Assembly: GCA_020723805.1 (NCBI GenBank)
Contig: DYID01000006.1
Location: forward strand, 74,694 to 138,693
DNA: 64,000 bases
From: Anaerolinea sp.
Lineage (GTDB): Bacteria > Chloroflexota > Anaerolineae > Anaerolineales > Villigracilaceae
Direction: 5' to 3'
This document shows positions 39,205 through 48,358 of this stretch, one piece after another. Numbering within the stretch: position 1 is the first letter of the stretch; every line of letters starts with the position of its first letter. Position numbers and translations under genes: made by a program. The notes beneath the pieces are model-generated. The model ran no database searches and was not told the origin of the DNA. It saw only the letters and a list, made by a program, of their open reading frames with translations.

Positions 39205-39342
39205 TCGCTGCACCTTTTTGGAATAATCGCTTCTTTCCTGACCTCTGCCTGCCGCTCCCTCCCGGAACTTTTCCCAGCCGGCAGCGTCTTGGAAACGTAT
39301 TATAACAAAGGTAAATGCCCTATAATGAACATGGAGGAAGTT

Positions 39343-39684
39343 ATGAGCGAATCAAACGAAACGCAAGGCAAATTTCTCGGCGCATATTTCGACCGTGACG
39401 GAGTTTTGCGCCTTTCCCGCTGGGCGGAAGGGACCGCCTGGGTCGTCCTGACCGTCTATCTTTTGTCGTGGCTGTTCTCGCTGCTGCTGTTCATCACCCA
39501 GTTTTCAAGCGGACTGTTCTTTGAAAAGGGCATGACCTTCCTAAGCGCATTCAGCATCTTCAAGCCGTATCTTACAGAGCCTCTGCCCGGCTTGCTCTAC
39601 TTCTTTGGGCTTCAAGGCATCTCGAAGGTATTGCTCATCCTGCTGGATGTGGAAGACAATTCCCGCCGCGCCGCACGGAAGTAA
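39343..39684 (+). CDS. Hypothetical membrane protein
   Basis: GGAGG RBS; two hydrophobic segments. Confidence 0.65.
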   Translation: MSESNETQGKFLGAYFDRDGVLRLSRWAEGTAWVVLTVYLLSWLFSLLLFITQFSSGLFFEKGMTFLSAFSIFKPYLTEPLPGLLYFFGLQGISKVLLILLDVEDNSRRAARK

Positions 39685-39785
39685 GCGGCGTCACTTTGAA
39701 GTTCGAATTTTTCTTGCAATGGTCTTTGATTTGCGGCAGACAATGTCTGTTGTGTTTTTGTGATGCCGTGAGACCGTGAGACAAT

Positions 39786-39826
39786 AAAAACGCCCGCGCT
39801 TTTCCAAAAAAAACGAAGCGCGGGCA
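39786..39826 (-). terminator. Terminator downstream of tRNA-Leu
   Basis: GCCCGCGCTT/AAGCGCGGGC stem with a T-run on the minus strand. Confidence 0.6.
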
Positions 39827-39831
39827 TTTTG

Positions 39832-39915
39832 TGGGGCGAGAGGGGGTCGAACCCTCACGGTGTTGCCACCGACAGATTTTAAGTCTGTTGCGTCTGCCGA
39901 TTCCGCCATCGCCCC
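39832..39915 (-). tRNA. tRNA-Leu(TAA)
   Basis: Acceptor GGGGCGA/TCGCCCC, anticodon arm ACAGA-CT-TAA-AA-TCTGT, long variable arm; CCA not encoded. Confidence 0.95.
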
Positions 39916-39967
39916 GGAGCGATTCGCCTATATTCTACCTTAAATCGTAATCGGTCATGTTGGAACA

Positions 39968-40702
39968 CTATGCTTCCACTTGTTTTGATCTCGCCTTCCA
40001 ATCTTGGACTGCAAATGGGGCATATAGCAACAACACAGTAGCCAGCCCAATCGCCTCCATGTACAGGATGTAAAGGGGCCAGTCTGGAAGCAAATCGAGC
40101 AGGCTGGGGGTCGCGGGTTTGTGGTTGATCATCAGATAGTTGCTGCCAACGGCGTTGTTGATGAAGTACACGATGACCACGTAGATGTTCATCCAAATCG
40201 CCACACGACCTATCGAACCCCAAGTGGGACGAAATCCTTCTACAACGGTCATGTAGATGGCGGAGGTGACGATCAATCCGTGTGAGATGAAGGTCTGGAA
40301 AAAGCGAAAGTGTGGAAAGCCGTAAATGCCTAGGTCGGGGGTGGCAAGCGCCTGTATCGCACCGCCGATGCCCATCAGATACATGAACTCATAAATGCGA
40401 TAGTTTTTTGTGACCAGCATCATTGCGCCGGCCCACACCAGCACACTGCATAGATGCAGGGGGAGCATGGTTTGAATCGTCCATTTGCCTACGGCATAGT
40501 TCCAAACGTGCCAGGCAATCTCGTTGCCCCACAGGATGAGCGCCAGCGTCCAGCGGACGCGGGAACGGGTGCGTTCGTCTGCATGTCTGAAGCGGAGGAG
40601 GTATACGTTCAACAGAATCAGCGCCAACAGCGCGCCAAGATGCGCTGGTCCTAAAAACTGAAAGGCGGGACCAGGATAGTCGCCGGCGAAGAACTTGCCC
40701 AT
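39968..40702 (-). CDS. YwaF/TIGR02206-type integral membrane protein
   Basis: LPLHLC, ALATPDL, FISHG, GSNYLMINHKP. Confidence 0.8.
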   Translation of the reverse strand: MGKFFAGDYPGPAFQFLGPAHLGALLALILLNVYLLRFRHADERTRSRVRWTLALILWGNEIAWHVWNYAVGKWTIQTMLPLHLCSVLVWAGAMMLVTKNYRIYEFMYLMGIGGAIQALATPDLGIYGFPHFRFFQTFISHGLIVTSAIYMTVVEGFRPTWGSIGRVAIWMNIYVVIVYFINNAVGSNYLMINHKPATPSLLDLLPDWPLYILYMEAIGLATVLLLYAPFAVQDWKARSKQVEA

Positions 40703-40720
40703 GAGCGGATTTCCTTTTGG

Positions 40721-41668
40721 TTAGAATACCCCTGCGCTGACCAGCGCCAAAACCAACAGACCGAATGCCAACGCCCAAACCATCCAGCCGCCGGAAAATC
40801 GCCGGTCCAGCACGGATTCGGCGGGCGCCTTGGGGTTGTAATAAACCGTAACCGGACTCCTTGGCGGATATTCCGCAACCTTTTCCTCAGCGAATTGGGG
40901 GGTGCTCCAGCCTGTCTCGACCCCAAGGCTGTATCTATCGCTGATATATTCGTGCGTGTTCACGGTAAAGCGGTAGGTAATGCCGGGAGTATACAACTGG
41001 CGTTTGATCCCGTCTTTCCATTGCGTGAACGAGCGTACTTCTGAAGCGACCACTGTACCCTGTGTTGATTGCCAAGTCTGTGCCGCGAGCGCCTGACGTT
41101 CCTGTACAAAGCCAAACACCAGGAGGAAAAGTCCCAGCCCTCCGCTAAGCGTCACAAACAGGGCGTTTTCTGGATTGGGCAAGAGAGGAGACAAAAATTC
41201 AGGGACTTTGGCGAGCGTCAGCAAAACCAATACGGCTCCGCCGCCTACAACTGCAACCGCTCCCGTCAGTCCCTTGCCAAAGTCCACCGGCAGGTCACGC
41301 TCCAGCACCGCCTGCCTGGGATTGGCTGGATTGTAGTAAACGGTTACCTCTTTACCAAGCGGATAGCGGTTCAGGATTGATTCGATTTCGCTTTCGGGGA
41401 TAGTCTCTGCCAAACTGATGCGGGCACCAGTGAAGCGTTTCCCATTGACGGTGTACTCATATTCCACCGCCGGAATGCTCTGTGTTCGCTCGCGGTTGTC
41501 CATATCCCGCCGCTTCTGGGCACGGACATCGGAACGAGTGACCCTGCCAATTGTTGTACTCCAACTTTGAGCGCCCTTTACTTCCCGCATTTTAACCGTG
41601 GCGGCAAGGATTAGCGCGCCGATCATTACTGCTGCAAAAATGCCGACATAGAGAAGAATTTCATTCAT
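40721..41668 (-). CDS. Membrane protein with two DUF3592-like domains
   Basis: The unit W.ST.G.V..S...Y.YTVNG...V.VYYNP..P.. VL occurs twice. Confidence 0.75.
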   Translation of the reverse strand: MNEILLYVGIFAAVMIGALILAATVKMREVKGAQSWSTTIGRVTRSDVRAQKRRDMDNRERTQSIPAVEYEYTVNGKRFTGARISLAETIPESEIESILNRYPLGKEVTVYYNPANPRQAVLERDLPVDFGKGLTGAVAVVGGGAVLVLLTLAKVPEFLSPLLPNPENALFVTLSGGLGLFLLVFGFVQERQALAAQTWQSTQGTVVASEVRSFTQWKDGIKRQLYTPGITYRFTVNTHEYISDRYSLGVETGWSTPQFAEEKVAEYPPRSPVTVYYNPKAPAESVLDRRFSGGWMVWALAFGLLVLALVSAGVF

Positions 41669-41780
41669 ATGAATTAGTGATATATCACGTTTTTATTGAA
41701 ATCCGATTTTATGATTTTGGATATGTTCTCCAGTGGGAAACCGAAGTGTAGTTTCTCAATCTAGTAAATCTGTGATTGTT

Positions 41781-42809
41781 TTATTTCTGGTTGCTCAGCG
41801 CCGCAAACAACTTCTGACTAAATATTCTTTTCCCACAATTGCTAAGATGACTGCTGTTGTAGAATAGTTCGGGCTGTTCTCGAATCTCCGGCTCGTTTGA
41901 AAAGTTGTAATATTCTACCCGATATATTCGTTGGATTTTTTTGATCTTGTTTTGCATGTTGTCAATGATGTAACTTCCGTGTTGCATAAAATATTCGGTA
42001 TATTTTTTATAATAAGTGGGGGTAAATAAAATAACCCGAATTCCCTTTGCTTGTAAGTGATCTATTATTCTAGCCAGCGCATTGAAAGCATCTTGTTCCA
42101 GTCCCTTGTGCCTTGCTGCCATCTCGATGGAACTGGATACGTTGAAATTAGCAATATCCCAAGCTTCTTTCTCCAGTTGGTCTGCTGTGTAATGAATACA
42201 TATCCCCCATGCAGAGCTTGTAACCACGCTGTCTGGCGGGAGAAAATTTAATGGTGTGCTGCCGTCAGTAACCCCTTTCCAAACCCCCTGCCAGTTGTCC
42301 GAACGCGCTACACTCATGATATGTGTATAGGCTTCTGCCTTGCCTAGTACGAAATTGTGTATATCCCCTGCAATGGGAGACCAGGTGGGTGCTAACGAGT
42401 AAAATTTTATTCTGCGTGTTCGAAATGGTTCAAAGGTGGCATTGTCGCGGGTGAACGAGTAATAAGAGATCGCAATAAAGACGGTTTTCAAATTGGGTAA
42501 TTCATTTGTTATGAGCATGGCATGTTTTTCAATTTCGAACAAATCGGCAATGGCTAATGTCAGAGATTGTCCGTCAATTTCTGACACCGAATAGTCTATA
42601 GCGTTACCATGAGAATTTCCAAGGGTGATTGCCTCAATCTGTTCGCGACGTTTATCCAGTTCTTGCCATTGCTGTTGGTACTCAACGCGCCAAGCTTCCA
42701 GGGGGGCAATTCTATCTGCCATAGCACCCAAGCAGTTTGAAATTAGGATCAATCCAGCTGTAAATAGAGGCAATTTGACAAAGAAAAATTTCGTGTTAAA
42801 AGCGCGCAT
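41781..42809 (-). CDS. SGNH-hydrolase-like periplasmic/exported acyltransferase partner (AlgJ/DltD/PatB-like)
   Basis: N-terminal TM helix, LGNSH (block I), FYNSSHL (block V); coupled to an MBOAT; AT-rich. Confidence 0.6.
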   Translation of the reverse strand: MRAFNTKFFFVKLPLFTAGLILISNCLGAMADRIAPLEAWRVEYQQQWQELDKRREQIEAITLGNSHGNAIDYSVSEIDGQSLTLAIADLFEIEKHAMLITNELPNLKTVFIAISYYSFTRDNATFEPFRTRRIKFYSLAPTWSPIAGDIHNFVLGKAEAYTHIMSVARSDNWQGVWKGVTDGSTPLNFLPPDSVVTSSAWGICIHYTADQLEKEAWDIANFNVSSSIEMAARHKGLEQDAFNALARIIDHLQAKGIRVILFTPTYYKKYTEYFMQHGSYIIDNMQNKIKKIQRIYRVEYYNFSNEPEIREQPELFYNSSHLSNCGKRIFSQKLFAALSNQK

Positions 42810-44261
42810 AGATGAATTCGCTCCTGCCAAATTTTCCAAACATGACGATGGCCATGACTAATGCATAATAAAACAACCAGCGCACCCAAACTGGCTGATG
42901 GCGGATTGCGTCATGTAGACTGCCTTTTTTTCTTTGCACCCAGTAAATTGTTTCCATCAGGAAAATTGCCAAAATGGCGATAAGCCAATCGTACCAGCCA
43001 AGAGGCATAAGAGCAGATAGGGATGCGCTTGTACCCGGTTTCGTGAATAAATTTTGGATAATGTAAAGTGCGTCCGTCATCGAGTTGGCGCGAAAGAAGA
43101 TCCATGCAAAACAAACCAAGTGAAATGTAACAAGGATATTCACTACCTTAACGCTCCATGACGGCATAAAGGATAGCAAGTTTAGATGTATGTTTTTGAG
43201 ATTCCACAGAATGGAACCCACCATAAAAATACCGTGCAGCGCTCCCCAAACGATGAAATTCCATGTCGCACCGTGCCAGAAACCGCTGGCAAGCATAGTG
43301 AACATGGGAGGAAAAACAAGTATAACGATGTTATTAGGTGCTGTAAATTTTCGCTTCAAGGCGCGATTGAGTGGATAAAAAATATAATCCCTCAACCAAT
43401 TATATAAACTAATGTGCCACCGTCTCCAAAATTCGATAATGGATGGAGCAAGGTACGGTTGGTTGAAGTTTTCCTGCAATTTGATTCCCAAGACACGCGC
43501 TACACCGATGGCAATATCTGCGTAGCCCGAAAAATCGCAATAGATTTGATACGCAAATGCGTAGGTAGCAAGGATTAAGGGAAATCCGGTATATGCTGTG
43601 GGGGCATTGTACACTGCGTTGACTGCTGCTGATAGCCGATCGGCAATGACCAACTTCTTAAAAAAACCCCATGTCACACGTTGAAATCCACTGATGACTT
43701 GTTCGTAATCGGGTACTGGCGCAGCGTGGAATTGTGGAAGTAAATCATTTGCCCGCGCAATGGGTCCCGCCGTTACATGCGGAAAAAAGGCAATAAAGAG
43801 AGCGTAAATGCCGACATGTCTTTCTGTTTTGATGATGCCACGATATATATCAGTGATGTAACTTAGAGTTTGGAATGTGAAGTAGGATATACCTAACGGT
43901 ACTAACAAGTTGAAATCCGTCGGTAAATTCTTATCGCTTACCTGTTCAAAAATGGCTAGTAGCACACTGCTTGTAAATTTGGGAGTTCTAAAAAGGATCC
44001 ACAATCCCAAAATGAAAAACAGGCTGAGAAAAAAAGTGTACGCCGCTTTGATGGCTGAGCCTCTTTCCAAATCATGTAACCGCTTACATATCCAATGATG
44101 GTTATGGCTATAGGTACAACAATATAGTTGACATTCCATCTTGCATAGAAAAAATAACTTGCCCCCAATAGAAAGAGCCAACGCCAGCGGTGCGGGATGT
44201 TAAAACATACGAACGCCACGAATGGAAAGAAAATTAAGAACTCGATAGAGTTAAATTTCAC
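42796..44261 (-). pseudogene. MBOAT family O-acyltransferase (AlgI/DltB-like), frameshifted at a T7 tract (44029-44035)
   Basis: The N-terminal frame MKFNSIEFLIFF...KRRTLF switches to the frame LSLFFILG...PLGISYFTF, AGPI, FSGY, FWRRWHISL, SGFWHGA. One extra T restores a single ORF. Confidence 0.8.
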
Positions 44262-44480
44262 ATCAAATATCCTTTTGCACCGTTACATACTTGAACATCC
44301 AAATCTGTTGCCATTTCAATGGCTTTTGGCAAAATATGTACTTTGGGTTTTACACAAAAATGTTTTTATGTTCGCGTAACTTATCCCGGTCTTGTGACTT
44401 TTGTGCGAAGTAGGCAGATTAATGAGAACTGGGAGGTTTGGACAAGAGAAATGACTTGTTACAGTTTAGCGTAACAAGTG

Positions 44481-44507
44481 CGTAACCAGTCATTGACTGG
44501 TTACGCT
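44481..44507. repeat. REP-like palindrome
   Basis: GCGTAACCAGTC-ATT-GACTGGTTACGC. Confidence 0.6.
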
Positions 44508-44771
44508 GCTAATCCATTCGTTTTCTCCGCGGCTAGAATTGGAATGTCACCTCTAAGTCAAACCCAAGAAGGAAAAAATCTTAGATCAGCTATTCTATTT
44601 TAGCCCGTTTTTCGCAAAAAGTGAGAGTTTTGCGAAGAAAACGTCCCGATTTGCATGCGGCGCGGCCTCACCCAGAGCGTTTGCCTGATTTTGTCCGCGA
44701 TTGTCTTGCTACCATCCGTCTGTTGGACTTGATCGGTCTGCTTGCCTAGGATCAATTCCCCGAACACAGCT

Positions 44772-45217
44772 TAATATTACAGCGCAAGGTTCGGAGAGAG
44801 AGCAGCTGATTGAGCCAATTTTGCTTTGCGACGAGAGCGATAAGCGACAAAATTGCGTTTCTGGTAGAACCCAGCCTTGTTTGGGAATGTTCCTCACCAG
44901 GTCTTTTGGCATTCCCCAGCAAGCCGCGCACATAGGTTGTGCTTCGCGCGATTGCTCTACTCGTCGAAAAGCAGGTTCAAACCGTTCCATGTACTCTGTC
45001 AGTGCTTCCAAAAATCGTTCAACGTCTTCCTGGCTCGAATTGCATTCGGGCGCAGGGCAGGTTTCAACAGGCTCAACCCAACGGGTTTCAGTTACAATCG
45101 TGGCAGGCATGGTTTTCTTCGTCTCCTTCCCACTTGGCCGTGGTTGGAGAAAGATACCATGCCTTCCTATTCCAGGCTGCTCAACCTGCCCCTTCGCGAC
45201 TTTGCGCTGTAATATTA
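44772..45217 (-). mobile_element. Internally deleted IS701-family element (~440 bp, MITE-like)
   Basis: Perfect 16-bp inverted ends TAATATTACAGCGCAA (44772-44787 / 45202-45217). It contains a transposase N-terminus (YMERFEPAFRRVEQ, frameshifted YVRGLL) joined to a C-terminus-like stretch (YQKRNFVAYRSRRK...LAL*). Flanks are CTAA/TTAA. Confidence 0.75.
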
Positions 45218-45568
45218 GGGTGTTTGCGGCAAATTCCTTTCCAAATTCTCGGTAAACAGACGAAGCACTTCTTCCGGCACGCCTTTGCGCGCGCCGAACA
45301 TCAACTTGCGCCCGACAGCGTCGAGCGGATAGATGTCCATGACCAATTTGCTTCCTTCGCCGTCTGATTGAACAACGCAGGTCATTTGCGTCCGGTCGCC
45401 CAGCACTTTGCCTAACAGGGTCTTGTCGAACTTGACTTCGAGCTGGAACGCCTCAGGCTTGGATTTCAGGATTTGTCCTTTGAGTGTTTCCACGGCTTTT
45501 TGCGCGGCGTGATAGACTGACGCAGGGTCTTGTGAATACGTTTTTTCCTGGTGTACTTCGAATGGCAT
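45215..45568 (-). CDS. Small hypothetical protein
   Basis: GGAG RBS; 117 codons with normal composition; the stop codon coincides with the IS end. Confidence 0.65.
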   Translation of the reverse strand: MPFEVHQEKTYSQDPASVYHAAQKAVETLKGQILKSKPEAFQLEVKFDKTLLGKVLGDRTQMTCVVQSDGEGSKLVMDIYPLDAVGRKLMFGARKGVPEEVLRLFTENLERNLPQTP

Positions 45569-45645
45569 GACGGACTCCGTCTTCTTATTGAACATTGTGG
45601 TCTTGGTACGTGGCGCATAAAGCGCCGCTACTCGACCACCACAGA

Positions 45646-46575
45646 TTACAACTTTTCGTACTTCACCTGCTGGAACAATTCCTCGATCAAAGTGCGGGAG
45701 CCGACCTCGGTGCCGCTCATGGAAGCGGTGGCGGCACCGCTGGCGGCGCCCCAGCCCAGGGATTCCTTGAGGGAATATCCTTGCGATAACGCCCACACCA
45801 GCCCGCCAACCATCGAGTCCCCGGCGCCGATGGGATTTTTCTCTTTTACTTTTGGACTGTGCACCAGCCAACTCTCGTCCGCTGTTTGCAGGAGCGCGCC
45901 TTTCTTGCCCATCGAGATGACCACGTTCTGAGCCCCCATTCGCCGCAGTGCTTTTGCAGCGACCACGATTTGCGCGGTTGTATTCACTGGCAAGCCTGTC
46001 AGTTTTCGTGTCTCTTCGGCGTTGGGCTTGACGAGGAAGGGCTTGGCTTCACATCCGAGGTGCAGGCTTTCACCGCTGGTATCCAGGATGGTGATGGCTT
46101 GACGGGCGTTGAGGATCTCGATGATCTGCGCATAGAACGAATCGGGTACGGCGGGGGGAAGGCTTCCTGCCAGCACCCACCAGTCTCCAGGTCCAGCGAG
46201 CGAGGCGATTTTGTCCAGCAGTTCACGCTGTTTGGGCTCGTCAACCGACGGTCCCTTTTCATTGACCTTGATATAGTGGTCATGTTTTTCGGTGACGATG
46301 CTGACGTTGGTGCGCGTCTCGCCTGGGATGGAAACAAAATCAGTTGTGATGCCGAGTTCCTGCAAGCCCAGACGCAGACGTTCGCCCGCCCGCCCGCCGA
46401 CGAATCCGAGTGCAGTGCTGGGCATGCCCATGGATTTGAGCAGGCGCGAAACGTTGAAGCCTTTGCCGCCGAAATCCACCTGTGACCTGACCGCCGTAAG
46501 CACCGAGTCAAATTGTATTTCGGTGACTGTCAATTCGCGGTCAATGGCGGGGTTGAGGGTGAGGGTGTAGATCAT
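45646..46575 (-). CDS. 1-phosphofructokinase family hexose kinase (PfkB/FruK-like)
   Basis: TLTLNPAID, GGKGFNVS, ETRTN, GSLPP, KPNAEE, GAGDS. Confidence 0.88.
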   Translation of the reverse strand: MIYTLTLNPAIDRELTVTEIQFDSVLTAVRSQVDFGGKGFNVSRLLKSMGMPSTALGFVGGRAGERLRLGLQELGITTDFVSIPGETRTNVSIVTEKHDHYIKVNEKGPSVDEPKQRELLDKIASLAGPGDWWVLAGSLPPAVPDSFYAQIIEILNARQAITILDTSGESLHLGCEAKPFLVKPNAEETRKLTGLPVNTTAQIVVAAKALRRMGAQNVVISMGKKGALLQTADESWLVHSPKVKEKNPIGAGDSMVGGLVWALSQGYSLKESLGWGAASGAATASMSGTEVGSRTLIEELFQQVKYEKL

Positions 46576-46599
46576 GGCGGCTCCGATGTCTGCGGCGGT

Positions 46600-48339
46600 T
46601 CAGGCAGGTTCCTGCCAGAGTTTTTCGATGAGCACTTCTTCGGCTGCGTTGGTCCACGTCCAATTAGGACCGAGTTTTTCGGCAACTTCGGGGAGGCGCT
46701 CTTTCAATTCCTTCAGGCTGGTGAGCGGCAGGTTGTGAATTTGCGGGAAGATGACGACCTTGCCCGGATAACGGCTGTCCATCACGGATTGGATGGCTTC
46801 CGCTGCCGTTTCGATTCCACCGATGGCGGCAACAACCCGGCCAGGCGATAACGTCCCTGCGATACGCCGCTCCATCACCGATGCCTGATCCTGAATCGTC
46901 AGCCCCGATGTACCCGTGTATTGTGCGTTCGAGAGATAAACGTTGCTCAGGTTGACTTTACCCAGCGTGCCGTTGGGGACACCAGCAAACAAGACCAACA
47001 TGCCATCGGGCTTCATCACGGTGTCGCCCTCTTCCATCAGCGCGGCGACCGGCACGCAGACGACCACATCATCAGCGCCTTCGCCGTGTGTGGCTTCCAT
47101 GACGAAATCATGGAAGGATTTTTTCGAGGCGTTGGGGTTGAAGATGAGCAGCGTGCGTCCCTGTTTTTCGGCGAGCGGCGTGAACATGTTGACCAGCGTT
47201 TGCAGGCGTTCGTCGCTGATTTCGGTGGCGATGACAGTCTTCGGTCCGTGGGGCAGTTCAAGGGCGCGCTGGACGTGCATCTGTCCCATCGGTCCGCCCG
47301 CGCCGATGAAGACGGCTGTGCCGCCGGCGCGCAGTTCGCAACGGTTGCGCGCCTCGCCATACGAGGCGGCGATGTCGCCGCTGTTGTTGCCTACAAAGGC
47401 AATATAATCATAGTGCAGGCGACCGAGGTCAACAGAGACCAGTCCGTCCAGCGGCTTTGTGCCGACGATGTTCATTGTGCCGCGCCGTGCGATGAAACGC
47501 GCCACCCGACTCACAGCATCCGCTGAAGACGGATTGAGCATGACAATATCGTCGAAGCCTTTATCGGTCAGTTCCTTGCTGAGCGTTTCGTAGTCGTTGA
47601 TCGAAAGACCATTCCGCTCGATGACTTTTGCATTCGTGGCAGAGACCAGTTTCTTGACCGAGGCAGGCGCATCGGTCAGCACGATGACAGCGGGTGCGCC
47701 CAACCCTTTGGAGAAAGTGTATTCGGTGGAGTCGTCGGGTTGACCGATGATCCACATTGTGCCGCCAGGTTTCGGGTCCAGCCTGCGGCGCTGGGTGTAG
47801 GCGGCGACCACGCATCCCCACGGCTCCAGCAATGCGGATTCGGCGTAGCCCATGTCGTCATCCACAGGCAGGAGACAGGCGCCGGCGTCGGTTTCCAGTA
47901 CTTCCTTTCCGATGCAGTGATACTGCACCAGTCCGCCGGGGATGGTGTATCCATAGGCAGTGCTCATGCCGTTCTGATAAATGTCGGGTTGCACGGCGAG
48001 ACGTTGACCGGGGCGATATTTATCTGCCAAATTTTTGCCGACCTTGATAATGGTAAGCGAGACCTCGTGTCCGAGGCGCGTGGGTTCAACGGCAAGGTTG
48101 CGGTTGTAGAGTTTGGGATGACTGCTACCCTGTTTGAGAATCTTCACATCTGAAAAGCAAATGCTGACGCTGTCAATGCGGACGAGCAGTTGATCGTCGT
48201 TCGGTTCGGGAATGGTGAACGGTTCGGGCTTGCCGTTTTTGCCCATGTTTTCCATGCCCGCCCCGTAGAGATTCCACGCATAACTTTGTTGCGGCAGAGA
48301 ATGATTTGCCGCACGGTATTTTTGAAATTTTTCTCCCAT
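46600..48339 (-). CDS. Zinc-dependent MDR dehydrogenase, L-sorbose-1-phosphate-reductase (SorE)-like, with a duplicated Rossmann domain
   Basis: ICFSD, GHE, LLEPWGC, GAGGPMG, TGTSG, GKVVIFP; 579 aa. Confidence 0.75.
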   Translation of the reverse strand: MGEKFQKYRAANHSLPQQSYAWNLYGAGMENMGKNGKPEPFTIPEPNDDQLLVRIDSVSICFSDVKILKQGSSHPKLYNRNLAVEPTRLGHEVSLTIIKVGKNLADKYRPGQRLAVQPDIYQNGMSTAYGYTIPGGLVQYHCIGKEVLETDAGACLLPVDDDMGYAESALLEPWGCVVAAYTQRRRLDPKPGGTMWIIGQPDDSTEYTFSKGLGAPAVIVLTDAPASVKKLVSATNAKVIERNGLSINDYETLSKELTDKGFDDIVMLNPSSADAVSRVARFIARRGTMNIVGTKPLDGLVSVDLGRLHYDYIAFVGNNSGDIAASYGEARNRCELRAGGTAVFIGAGGPMGQMHVQRALELPHGPKTVIATEISDERLQTLVNMFTPLAEKQGRTLLIFNPNASKKSFHDFVMEATHGEGADDVVVCVPVAALMEEGDTVMKPDGMLVLFAGVPNGTLGKVNLSNVYLSNAQYTGTSGLTIQDQASVMERRIAGTLSPGRVVAAIGGIETAAEAIQSVMDSRYPGKVVIFPQIHNLPLTSLKELKERLPEVAEKLGPNWTWTNAAEEVLIEKLWQEPA

Positions 48340-48358
48340 GATTTTTTTCCTTTGAAGT

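Noticed and set aside
39205-39300. T-box riboswitch upstream of glnS (or gltX)
   Set aside because: No GGTGGNACC T-box motif or specifier stem is visible; gltX follows rodA directly.
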